Shown: positions 32,014-40,067, counted from the first letter of the stretch. The stretch: 50,611 nucleotides of DNA from an uncultured Pseudomonadota bacterium (GCA_937889395.1 CALAOW010000084.1:1-50611); one strand, 5' to 3'. Numbers and translations: made by a program. The notes: generated from the sequence alone by a model not told the origin.

Positions 32014-33419
32014 GTATCCCCGACGGATGGGACGCCGGAGAGTTGGCGCGCGCTGCCTGCCTCGCCGCTCGAGTCCGCGCCGGTGGCGACGCGCGAATCT
32101 TCGCGGCCCGCGCGCCCGGCCGCGTCAATCTAATCGGCGAGCACACGGACTACAGCGGCCTGCCCGTGCTGCCGGTCGCGATCGATCGATCCACAATCGT
32201 CGTCGCCGCCGCCATCACGGCAGCCGAAATCGAACTGGCGAACGCCGACCCCGGCTGGTCCTCGCGCCATTTTACAATCGCACGACAGATCCCATCATAC
32301 GAAACCGGCGATTGGGCGAACTACGTGAAGGCCGCGATCCAGGGAGTGATCGATCACTTCTCTGCGCGCGGCATCTTCACTGAAGATTTGCGGGGCGCAT
32401 CGATGGTCGTCGATGGCCGCGTGCCGCCCGCCGCGGGGCTGTCGTCATCGGCCGCGCTCACGGTTTCGACCGCGATGGCATTCATGGCGGTCAACGAACT
32501 CGAACTCGACCCGATCGAAACCGCGACGATGGTTGCGCGCAGCGAATGGTACGTCGGGACGCGGGCGGGCGGGATGGACCAGGCGGCGTCGATTCTCGGC
32601 CGTCGCGACCATGCGCTGTTTATCGAGTTCGACCCGATCCGCGTGCGCGCGGTGAAGATGCCGGCGAACGCCGCGCTGGTCGTGGCGGATAGCCGGGAAA
32701 TCGCGGACAAGTCGGGGATGGTGCGCGCGCAATACAATCGGCGGGTCGTCGAATGCGCGCTGGCGGCGCGAATTCTCGGGCGTGCGCTCGAGCTCGACGG
32801 CGTGACGATCCTTGGCGACGTGGTTCGCGCATCACCCGGATGGAACGCGGCGGAACTCGTCGAGAAACTCGCGGCAGCCGCGCCCGCGCGGCTCGGCGCA
32901 GATCTGAAAGAGGCGGCGAGCATCCTGGGAGTTTCGCAGCCGGCGCTCGACGCAGAGTTGCTCGGCCGGGGGCCGACTCGGATCGCTCTGGATTCGAGCC
33001 GCCCGCTGGAAATTCTGAAACGTGCGCGGCATGTCTTGGGCGAGACCGAGCGGGTGATTCGTGCGGCGGAGGTGCTCGAGGCGGGCCGCCTCGATGAAAT
33101 GGGGAAGCTGATGAATGCGTCGCATCAGAGTCTCGCAGATGACTTCGAATGCAGCACGGAGCGGCTCGACGCCATCGTGGAATGCGCACGGCGCGGCGGC
33201 GCGCTCGGCGCGCGGCTGACGGGCGCGGGCTTCGGCGGTTCGATTGTTGCGCTGTGCGACGTGGCGAGCGCGGACGCGGTGATTGAATCGATCGATCGCG
33301 GATATTACGCGAAGCTGGACCCCGGCGCGCCAAGTGAAAAAAGTGAAAAAACTGAAAATTTCAGAGCCGTGTTGCACGCGGGCGCGGGCGCGAGCGTGAT
33401 CGATTTACCAACGGCTTAA
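32010..33419 (+). CDS. galK: Galactokinase (GHMP kinase)
   Basis: APGRVNLIGEHTDYSGLPVLPVAI, the GHMP motif PPAAGLSSSAALTV, and GARLTGAGFGGS. The C-terminal tail contains a repeat-encoded SEKSEKTEN. Its stop codon overlaps the convergent GH36 stop in the palindrome TTAA (33416-33419). Confidence 0.85.
   Translation: MSIPDGWDAGELARAACLAARVRAGGDARIFAARAPGRVNLIGEHTDYSGLPVLPVAIDRSTIVVAAAITAAEIELANADPGWSSRHFTIARQIPSYETGDWANYVKAAIQGVIDHFSARGIFTEDLRGASMVVDGRVPPAAGLSSSAALTVSTAMAFMAVNELELDPIETATMVARSEWYVGTRAGGMDQAASILGRRDHALFIEFDPIRVRAVKMPANAALVVADSREIADKSGMVRAQYNRRVVECALAARILGRALELDGVTILGDVVRASPGWNAAELVEKLAAAAPARLGADLKEAASILGVSQPALDAELLGRGPTRIALDSSRPLEILKRARHVLGETERVIRAAEVLEAGRLDEMGKLMNASHQSLADDFECSTERLDAIVECARRGGALGARLTGAGFGGSIVALCDVASADAVIESIDRGYYAKLDPGAPSEKSEKTENFRAVLHAGAGASVIDLPTA
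33334..33358. repeat. GTGAAAA-type short tract inside the galK 3' end
   Basis: gtgaaaaaa gtgaaaaaa ctgaaaa. Same motif family as 28046-28106. Confidence 0.7.
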
Positions 33420-35329
33420 CGCTTGAGGCGCAGGATGCGCGCGGAGTGCGGCGGGATATCGATCGTATCGAAGATTTCAGTTTTCTCGTTGTGGGCCAGA
33501 TCCAGCGCTACCATTTCGCCTCCGCCCAGCTTCAGGTCGGACATTTGCACTCTTGCGGGCGAGTCGCCGCGATTCAGGAGCATCGCGATCGCGCCGCCGG
33601 TGGCGGTTTCAGTGATCAGGCCGCGCACGTCGCCGGTGGCCATCAGATCGAGCGCGAGTACCGGTTCGCGCGCCGCGTTGGAATCGATCTCGGCGGCGAT
33701 TTGCGCGACGGCGCGAAACAGTTTTCCCGCCTCGGCGTCAAGCAGGCTCATGTCGTCGGAGATTAGGAGCATCCCGCCGCTGGCGGCGATGGTCGCGGCC
33801 AGCGCTGCGCGCTCGTCGGCGCTGAGGCTGGTTTCGCGCGCCCGCAGCATCAGGCAGTCAGGGTCGTTCAGCCACAGGCGGCGATGCATGAAGCTGCGCG
33901 CGATGATCGCGTCGAGCGCATAGACGGTTGACGGGTCGCCCGCTCCGGAAGCGGTCGAGCCCCAGAACGGGGAAACGTCGGGGCCGATGCGCATCCCGTC
34001 CACGACGCCGATCGCCTGGCCAATCGGGCAGCCGCATCCGAGGATGAAGGCGTCATCGCCGGCGCCGGCGCGAATCGCCTCGAGGCCGTGGCGCAAGGTC
34101 TCGCCGCGCGTGAGACCTGGATCGCGGCGCCGGCCGGGCGAGGCGGCGGCGTAGAGAAAATCGAGTTTCAAATACGAGAAGCCGAAGTCGCGGGTAAGCT
34201 TGGCGAACAGATGGCGGAGGTGCGCGAGAAACGCCGGGTTGCTTGGGTCGAGCGCGTACGCGAATGGGTCGTCGCTGGTGGTCCAGTTCGGGTTGTAGCC
34301 GGCGCGAACCGGTTCGCCGGTCTCCTCGTGAATGATGAACCAGTCGGGATGATCGATCATCAGGCGCGCGTCGCGGGCGGCAAGAAAGGGCGCGGTCCAG
34401 ATGCCGGCTTTGAAGCCGGCGGCGCGAATTTCGCCGGCGATTTTTTTGAGTCCCCCCGGAAACTTGGCGTTGGTCGTATCCCAGTCGCCAAGCGCCGACT
34501 GAAAGCCGTCGTCGAGTTGAATCAGGTCGAGTGGAAACTCCGAGCGCATCGCTTCGAGCGACTTGATGTTGGCGCGGAGCGCGTCCTCGGTGATCTCGTG
34601 AAAGTAGTGGTACCAGGAGCACCATCCGCGCTGAAACGGCGCGCCGACCCGCGCGTTCATCCATCGCCCGGCCGCGTCGGCCCATCGCGCGGCCAGACGC
34701 GCGGCGGACTCATCGGCGGTGGCGATGAACAGCGGATCGAGTTCGCGATGCGCGCCCGGCGCGAGAGTTACATCGTCGAGGATCGCGCGTGCGATTATTT
34801 TTTCAGGGCTCGACACGGTGAGGGTCGAGAGCGAAGTAGCGGCTCCGATGAATCCGGCCAGGACGCGCTCCCCGGCAGATAGACTCTCGACGATTGTGAA
34901 AAGCTCGGAGGTATCCGCCTCGGGGAATTCAGGCGGGCGAGTCGATTCACTCTGATGATTGACGCGAATGACGAAATGGGCAGCGTCGCGCGGATGGTTT
35001 TTTTGCGACGCGCGTACGTCGCATCCGTCCGAGGCGCTCCATGACTGGTATCCGTGCTTGAAGAACCGGGCTGGTGCGGACGGCGCGAAACCGGTTGAGA
35101 CTTCGAAGATTGCAGACGTGAGCCGAATCGGATCGGCGCCGCGATTGGCGACGGTCGCGCGCACGATCGCGCCGCCGAGTGCGTGTTCGAGGCGGGCAGA
35201 GATGGCGAGGCCGTCGCGGATGGCGCTCGATTCGCGCGCGCCGGATGGCGCATCGAGATCGTGCGCGCGCGTGTGGCCGGCGGCGTCGATGAAGCGGAGT
35301 TCGATTCGCGACAGGAGTGCGTTCGTCAC
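33416..35329 (-). CDS. GH36-family alpha-galactosidase
   Basis: GWCSWYHYF, LIQLDDGFQ, KAGIWTAPF, YLKLDFLYAA, CGCPIG, WLNDPDC. The GTG start (35327-35329) lies inside the 59-bp repeat. Confidence 0.8.
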   Translation of the reverse strand: MTNALLSRIELRFIDAAGHTRAHDLDAPSGARESSAIRDGLAISARLEHALGGAIVRATVANRGADPIRLTSAIFEVSTGFAPSAPARFFKHGYQSWSASDGCDVRASQKNHPRDAAHFVIRVNHQSESTRPPEFPEADTSELFTIVESLSAGERVLAGFIGAATSLSTLTVSSPEKIIARAILDDVTLAPGAHRELDPLFIATADESAARLAARWADAAGRWMNARVGAPFQRGWCSWYHYFHEITEDALRANIKSLEAMRSEFPLDLIQLDDGFQSALGDWDTTNAKFPGGLKKIAGEIRAAGFKAGIWTAPFLAARDARLMIDHPDWFIIHEETGEPVRAGYNPNWTTSDDPFAYALDPSNPAFLAHLRHLFAKLTRDFGFSYLKLDFLYAAASPGRRRDPGLTRGETLRHGLEAIRAGAGDDAFILGCGCPIGQAIGVVDGMRIGPDVSPFWGSTASGAGDPSTVYALDAIIARSFMHRRLWLNDPDCLMLRARETSLSADERAALAATIAASGGMLLISDDMSLLDAEAGKLFRAVAQIAAEIDSNAAREPVLALDLMATGDVRGLITETATGGAIAMLLNRGDSPARVQMSDLKLGGGEMVALDLAHNEKTEIFDTIDIPPHSARILRLKR

Positions 35330-35365
35330 GTGGTGAGAGTTGCAAAGAGACGAGATCGCGGCAAG
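35307..35365. repeat. 59-bp perfect direct repeat, left copy (alpha-galactosidase start plus 36 nt upstream)
   Basis: cgcgacaggagtgcgttcgtcacgtggtgagagttgcaaagagacgagatcgcggcaag, identical to 36094..36152. Confidence 0.95.
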
Positions 35366-36093
35366 GCAGGGGTGACCCCTGCACCCAATGTTAAAACAAA
35401 TGAGATGCGCAAAGATCTACAGCCATCCGAGCGAGCCAAAGACAATTGCGAGCAAGAGGGAAACGGAGGCCAATCCACCCACGATGCTCCATCGCTTCGT
35501 TTCAGTTTCAGCGTCATGCGCCCACGCAGCGACCGCGAAAAACCAGGCGTATCCGAAGATGACAATCAAGATCAGTCCCGCGCCAAGATTCCAAAAGGGC
35601 CAGTACCAGTTCAGGTAGCCCCATCGATTCAGCACGACTTCCAGGATCACCGATGCGACCGATTGTCCGACGATCAACACCAATCGGCTGTTCAAGCCGA
35701 GTATTTTCGCGCGCGGATTTGCCGGCAGCAGCTTCGCAAACGCCATCCCGTAGATCAAAAACAACAGCGTGGTTTCGGCGTTGAGCCCGACCAGGATCTG
35801 ATATGAGGTGTGCCCGGTCTCGACCCATAACGGCGCGCGTCCGCTCCAAAACAAAATCGCCGAATTGACCAGTTCGTTAATCCAGTCGGCAAACCAAAGC
35901 GCCAGCCCCGCCGCGATCACGTTCCATCGCCGCGCCATGATCTCGCCCGAATAGATGAACAAGGTCAGGATTAGCAGGTACACGATTGTCCAGTCGAAAT
36001 TGGCGGAAATTCGCAGGACGGCGAGCGCCGCGCGTGTCGGGTCGGTCATATTCTCAGACCTCCTGCCTGGAATGTACTTGACGGCGCAAGACG
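35366..36093. other. Inserted single-gene cassette bracketed by the 59-bp direct repeats
   Basis: 728 bp carrying one membrane-protein gene with its own GGAGG RBS. A hairpin CAGGGG-tgac-CCCTG (35368-35383) lies downstream of its stop. No recombinase gene. Confidence 0.55.
35417..36049 (-). CDS. Hypothetical integral membrane protein (about 6 TM)
   Basis: 210 aa with Trp-rich hydrophobic segments (WNVIAAGLALWFADWINELV, WGYLNWYWPFWNLGAGLILIVIFGYAWFF). GGAGG lies 9 nt upstream of the ATG. No family recognised. Confidence 0.7.
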   Translation of the reverse strand: MTDPTRAALAVLRISANFDWTIVYLLILTLFIYSGEIMARRWNVIAAGLALWFADWINELVNSAILFWSGRAPLWVETGHTSYQILVGLNAETTLLFLIYGMAFAKLLPANPRAKILGLNSRLVLIVGQSVASVILEVVLNRWGYLNWYWPFWNLGAGLILIVIFGYAWFFAVAAWAHDAETETKRWSIVGGLASVSLLLAIVFGSLGWL

Positions 36094-36152
36094 CGCGACA
36101 GGAGTGCGTTCGTCACGTGGTGAGAGTTGCAAAGAGACGAGATCGCGGCAAG
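36094..36152. repeat. 59-bp perfect direct repeat, right copy
   Basis: Identical to 35307..35365. Its copy of the GTG (36114-36116, minus strand) opens a 20-codon uORF that ends at 36054, 4 nt before the cassette ATG. Confidence 0.95.
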
Positions 36153-36205
36153 CGGCCGGGGGTGGCTTGCGCGGGAGCGGGGCGGTCTTTGATAATCTAG
36201 CCGCC

Positions 36206-37630
36206 GTGCCGAGACATTCGCGAAAACATAAGGACGCAGATATCGACGCGCGTGCGGAGGCCGTCCGCGCACTCCCGCCGATCGACGAATGCCTCCGGGC
36301 CGCCCAGGCCAATCCCGCTCTCGCCGGATTCAGCCGCATCTACCTCAAACTGATGGTGCAGCGGGCGCAGGCGGAATTTCGCGCCGCGATTCTTTCGGGA
36401 CGCGACACGCAGCGGCGCGATCGGGCCGCGATGGTCGATGCGGTGGCGCGCGCGGTCGCGCGCGCCGTCGCTGCCGACGAGCCGCGCCTTGGGCCGGTGG
36501 TGAACGCGACGGGAGTCGTGCTGCATACGAATCTCGGCCGCGCGATCCTGGCGGAATCGGCGATCGAGGCGGTCGAGATGGCGGCGCGATCTGCGGTCAA
36601 CCTGGAATACGATCTCGAGACCGGCGCGCGCGGCGACCGGGATACGATCGTCGAGGACGAGATTTGCGCGCTTACGGGGGCCGAGGCGGCGACCGTGGTA
36701 AACAACAACGCTGCGGCGGTTGTGCTCGCGCTTAACTCGCTCGCCGACGGGCGCGAAGTAATAGTATCGCGCGGCGAGATGATCGAGATTGGCGGATCGT
36801 TTCGATTGCCCGACGTGATGGCGAAAAGCGGCGCGATAATCCGCGAAGTCGGGACCACCAATCGGACCCATCCGGGGGATTACGCCGATGCGATCGGTCC
36901 GGAAACGGCCCTCCTGCTGAAGGTGCATCCGTCGAACTACCGCGTGGTCGGCTTCACCAGCGAAGTGACGCTGGAAGAGCTGGTCGAAATCGGGCGCGCG
37001 CGCGGAATCGACGTGATGGAGGATCTCGGCGCGGGGGCGATTGTCGATCTGACGGATTTCGCAGTCCCGCGCGAACCTTTGGTGCGCGAGCGAATTGCGG
37101 CGGGCGCTGCGATTGTCACGTTCTCGGGCGACAAGCTGCTGGGCGGTCCCCAGGCGGGCGTGATTGCCGGGCAACGCGGGCCGATCGAACGAATCAAGCG
37201 CAATCCCCTGAAGCGGGCGCTCCGATGCGACAAGCTGACAATTGCGGCGCTCGAGGCGACTCTTCGGCTGTATCTTCGCTCGGGCGACCTCGGTGAGGAG
37301 CTGCCGACGATCCGACTCCTGGGGCGGCGTGCAAGTGAGATTGGCGTAATCGCGCCGCGCGCGCGGGAGATAGTGGCGGAGCGGCTGGGCGGAGATTACG
37401 TGGTCGAAATAGTCGATGCGGCTTCGCAGGTCGGCTCGGGCGCGATGCCGGTCGAGGAATTGAAGTCGGTTGCGCTTCGCGTGAGCCATCCGGAGAAATC
37501 CGCCGATGCGATCGCGGCGATGTTTCGCCGCGCGCGAATTATCGGGCGGGTGGTCGATGATTCGTTCCGTCTCGATTTGCGCACGATTGAGGATCCGGCG
37601 GTCTTCGCGGTGAAGCTGGAAACTGACTAG
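36206..37630 (+). CDS. selA: L-seryl-tRNA(Sec) selenium transferase
   Basis: LPPIDECL..., NATGVVLHTNLGRA, FSGDKLLGGPQAG (PLP-Lys). The ORF opens at 36104 inside the repeat. GTG 36206 was chosen as the start because typical SelA begins shortly before the LP.ID motif. Start uncertain. Confidence 0.85.
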   Translation: MPRHSRKHKDADIDARAEAVRALPPIDECLRAAQANPALAGFSRIYLKLMVQRAQAEFRAAILSGRDTQRRDRAAMVDAVARAVARAVAADEPRLGPVVNATGVVLHTNLGRAILAESAIEAVEMAARSAVNLEYDLETGARGDRDTIVEDEICALTGAEAATVVNNNAAAVVLALNSLADGREVIVSRGEMIEIGGSFRLPDVMAKSGAIIREVGTTNRTHPGDYADAIGPETALLLKVHPSNYRVVGFTSEVTLEELVEIGRARGIDVMEDLGAGAIVDLTDFAVPREPLVRERIAAGAAIVTFSGDKLLGGPQAGVIAGQRGPIERIKRNPLKRALRCDKLTIAALEATLRLYLRSGDLGEELPTIRLLGRRASEIGVIAPRAREIVAERLGGDYVVEIVDAASQVGSGAMPVEELKSVALRVSHPEKSADAIAAMFRRARIIGRVVDDSFRLDLRTIEDPAVFAVKLETD

Positions 37631-37667
37631 GATTATAAAAGTTCGAGCGCCAGGCGGGTTGAACGCA

Positions 37668-37906
37668 ATGAAATTCGGAATATTTTTGTATCAGACGTCG
37701 CCCAACGCTATCGCGGCGGTCGCTCGCAAAGCCGAGGAGAGCGGTTTCGAATCAATCTGGATACCGGACATATTATTTTGCCCGTAACCTACCGCTCGCC
37801 GTATCCGTATTCATCCAGTGGCAGGATGAGTGCGCCGCCGGAGACGCCGCTGCACGATCCGATGCCGGCGCTGGCGTTCGTCGCCGAGGTAATCGCCAGG
37901 CAGTGA
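37668..37906 (+). pseudogene. Truncated, frameshifted LLM-class (F420/flavin) oxidoreductase fragment
   Basis: MKFGIFLYQTS...AEESGFESIWIPD stops at TAA 37785. The -1 frame continues with the family-typical PVTYRSPYPYSSSGRMSAPPETPLHDPMPALAFVAEV, then TGA at 37904. Consistent with a 1-nt deletion near 37769 and loss of about 250 C-terminal codons. Confidence 0.6.
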
Positions 37907-38009
37907 TCGCGAGCGGACAGTATTACGGTGCGAGCTTTGCGCAGCCTGTTGGCGTGTCGCAATTCGCGCGGATATCATCGAAACTTGCGCCGGAGGAGCG
38001 CTTACCAAG

Positions 38010-39536
38010 ATGAAAAGGTGCCCGCGCTGCGAAAAAACCTTCCCCGACTCGGAAACCTTTTGCGAAGCTGACGGAACCGCGCTGGTGCAGGCGGGTCCCG
38101 CCTTTGCCGAAGGGGCGGCCGCCACCGGCGCGGGCGAATTCGGCGAGCAAATCGAATGCCCGGTATGCGGCGGCAAGGCGCAGCCGGGGGAACTGATCTG
38201 CAACTTCTGCGGCGCGCGGCTCGGGGTGGAATCGGCGGCGCCGTCGTACACACCGCCGTCGTCGGCGCCGCCGCGGGGCCGGACGACGGTTCGGCGCGAT
38301 GCGTCGCCGTCGATGCGCATCACGGGCAGGATGCCGGACGGCGACAACGACCGCGAAGAAGAAGGCCGCCGGCGGTTCGGCTTCGTTTGGTACTTGATCG
38401 CGGCGATAGTCGCGCTGGGGGGCGGCGCGTGGCTCGCGCTTCATCTCAGCACCAAGCCCGCGCAGGCCCCGGTGGCGAACGCGTCGCCGGCGGCGGTCGC
38501 GTCGCCGGCGGTGGTCGCGTCGGTGACAGCGCCGGCGCCCAGTGGGCTGTTGGTGGCGTTGTCGAAGGCGATGGGGGTGCAGGTGACGGGGGAATCGGCG
38601 GCGGCGCCCGAGCGCAATCAGGAAGCGGCGCGAAAATTTTTCGAAGATCACAAGGACGGATTGCTGGAGAGCTATTCGCATGCGGTCGCCGGTGACAGCA
38701 CGCTGCGAGATGGGATGGTGGTGCGGATCAGGGTGCTGCCCAACGGCAACGTGGACGCGGCGTCGGTGCGGACCTCGACCAATCCGAATCCGGCCTTCGA
38801 CGCGGAAGTAGTGAAGGACGTTTCGGCGTGGAATTTTGCGCCGCTGAGCGGCGGCCAGGTCGAGATCGATTATCCGATAATTTTCACCAACGATCCCACG
38901 ACCAAGGACGCGCTCGAGTCGCAACTGAGCTCGAAGGTGGCGGGACTGAGTCCGACCGAGGCGCCGGAATTCGCCAGCGCGTTGCCGTCGCCGGCCGCGT
39001 CGGAAGCGGCGAGTGCTCCCTCGCCGGCGCCAATCGAGACGCCGGCGATGGCGGTCGCGCCGGCGCCCGCGCCGCGCAAGCATCATCACGTGGCGAGCCG
39101 CGCGCCCAAGCCCGCGCCGCTGACCTTGCAGCAGAGCGTCAAGCAGGTGCTGGGGTCGAATCCGAGGACGCGCCGCGTGGACTGTTACACCAGCGGCAGC
39201 GCGGTGACGATTTTCGGCAAGGTGTTCGACGCCGACGCCAAGCGGTACACGGAAAAAATCGTGCGGCAAGTACCGGGGGTCGGCAACGTGATCGATTCGC
39301 TGACGACGGACACGGCCGATTGGGCAGCGCGCCAGGCTGCGATCGCGTCGCAGCTTTATGCCGCCGGCTTAACCGGCGTGACGGTGAAGGTGATCGGCCA
39401 CGACGCGTACCTTGATGGCACGGTCAAGAGCGATGCGCAGAAGCAGCAGGCAGTGACGATCACCCAGAGCGCGTCGCCGGTGCACGTGCGGGGCAATATC
39501 ATCAGAGTCCTGCCCGGAAACATGTTCGGATTCTGA
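38010..39536 (+). CDS. Zn-ribbon / TM / TonB_C-like / tandem BON-domain protein
   Basis: Two CxxC...CxxC ribbons (CPRCEK..FCEADG; CPVCGG..CNFCGA), one TM (FVWYLIAAIVALGGGAWLALHL), a TonB-C-like block (VVRIRVLPNGNVDAASV...AWNFAPL) and two BON-like blocks (VTIFGKV..VPGVGNVIDSL; AYLDGTVKS...VHVRGNI). Confidence 0.7.
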   Translation: MKRCPRCEKTFPDSETFCEADGTALVQAGPAFAEGAAATGAGEFGEQIECPVCGGKAQPGELICNFCGARLGVESAAPSYTPPSSAPPRGRTTVRRDASPSMRITGRMPDGDNDREEEGRRRFGFVWYLIAAIVALGGGAWLALHLSTKPAQAPVANASPAAVASPAVVASVTAPAPSGLLVALSKAMGVQVTGESAAAPERNQEAARKFFEDHKDGLLESYSHAVAGDSTLRDGMVVRIRVLPNGNVDAASVRTSTNPNPAFDAEVVKDVSAWNFAPLSGGQVEIDYPIIFTNDPTTKDALESQLSSKVAGLSPTEAPEFASALPSPAASEAASAPSPAPIETPAMAVAPAPAPRKHHHVASRAPKPAPLTLQQSVKQVLGSNPRTRRVDCYTSGSAVTIFGKVFDADAKRYTEKIVRQVPGVGNVIDSLTTDTADWAARQAAIASQLYAAGLTGVTVKVIGHDAYLDGTVKSDAQKQQAVTITQSASPVHVRGNIIRVLPGNMFGF

Positions 39537-39592
39537 CCTGCGGTCTCTGACGATGCCGCCGGGCGTGATTAATCCTGCGCCGCGTGTTAGTA

Positions 39593-39621
39593 TTGACACG
39601 GTGCGTGCCGCACGCTTATAT
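39593..39621 (+). promoter_or_regulatory. Sigma-70-like promoter for the SCP2 gene
   Basis: TTGACA (39593-39598), a 17-nt spacer, then TTATAT (39616-39621). AGGAGGA RBS lies before the ATG at 39671. Confidence 0.45.
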
Positions 39622-39670
39622 GGCGGAAAGAGCGGAGCAAGGACGCTCCCACCAGGAGGAATTTATTTCC

Positions 39671-40003
39671 ATGGCTGATGCAGCACCGACGACACCTAAG
39701 GAAATCTTTGCGGCGATGCCCGGTCGCTTCAACAAGGACGCGGCGAAGGGTTTGACTGCGACGTACCAGTTCGACCTCTCGGGCGATAACGGCGGCAAGT
39801 GGCACGTAGTCATCGCCGACCAAACGTGCACGGTCAAAGAAGGACCGGCCGCTTCGCCGAGCATCACGATTTCGATGACGGCGCAGGACTATGTTGACAT
39901 GACGAGCGGCAAGCTCAACGGGCAGGTCGCCTTCATGAGCGGCAAACTGCGAGTCGCAGGCGACATGGGCCTCGCGCTCCGCATGCAGAGTTTGTTTGCC
40001 TAA
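39671..40003 (+). CDS. SCP2 sterol-binding domain protein
   Basis: KGLTATYQFDLSGDNGGKWHVVIADQTCTVKEG...MTAQDYVDMTSGKLNGQVAFMSGKLRVAGDMGLALRMQSLF is the canonical SCP2 pattern. Start taken at the internal ATG with an RBS. Confidence 0.85.
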   Translation: MADAAPTTPKEIFAAMPGRFNKDAAKGLTATYQFDLSGDNGGKWHVVIADQTCTVKEGPAASPSITISMTAQDYVDMTSGKLNGQVAFMSGKLRVAGDMGLALRMQSLFA

Positions 40004-40033
40004 ACCACCAATCCCAGATCCGAATGAATTGAA

Positions 40034-40067
40034 CGCCGGCCGGAGCCAAAACCAGGCCCGGCCGGCG
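40034..40067 (+). terminator. GC-rich hairpin downstream of the SCP2 gene
   Basis: CGCCGGCCGG, a 14-nt loop, then CCGGCCGGCG. No T-run follows. Confidence 0.3.

Noticed and set aside
35366-36093. Integron gene cassette with a 59-base element
   Set aside because: The 59-bp sequences are direct copies of host promoter and coding DNA, not imperfect inverted attC sites. No RYYYAAC/GTTRRRY core pair occurs at the boundaries (gttaaaac does not fit), and there is no intI.
37904-37906. TGA as selenocysteine in the LLM fragment (selA is adjacent)
   Set aside because: The fragment already carries a frameshift and a TAA upstream. LLM enzymes are not known selenoproteins. No SECIS-like hairpin follows, and the downstream frame lacks the family continuation.
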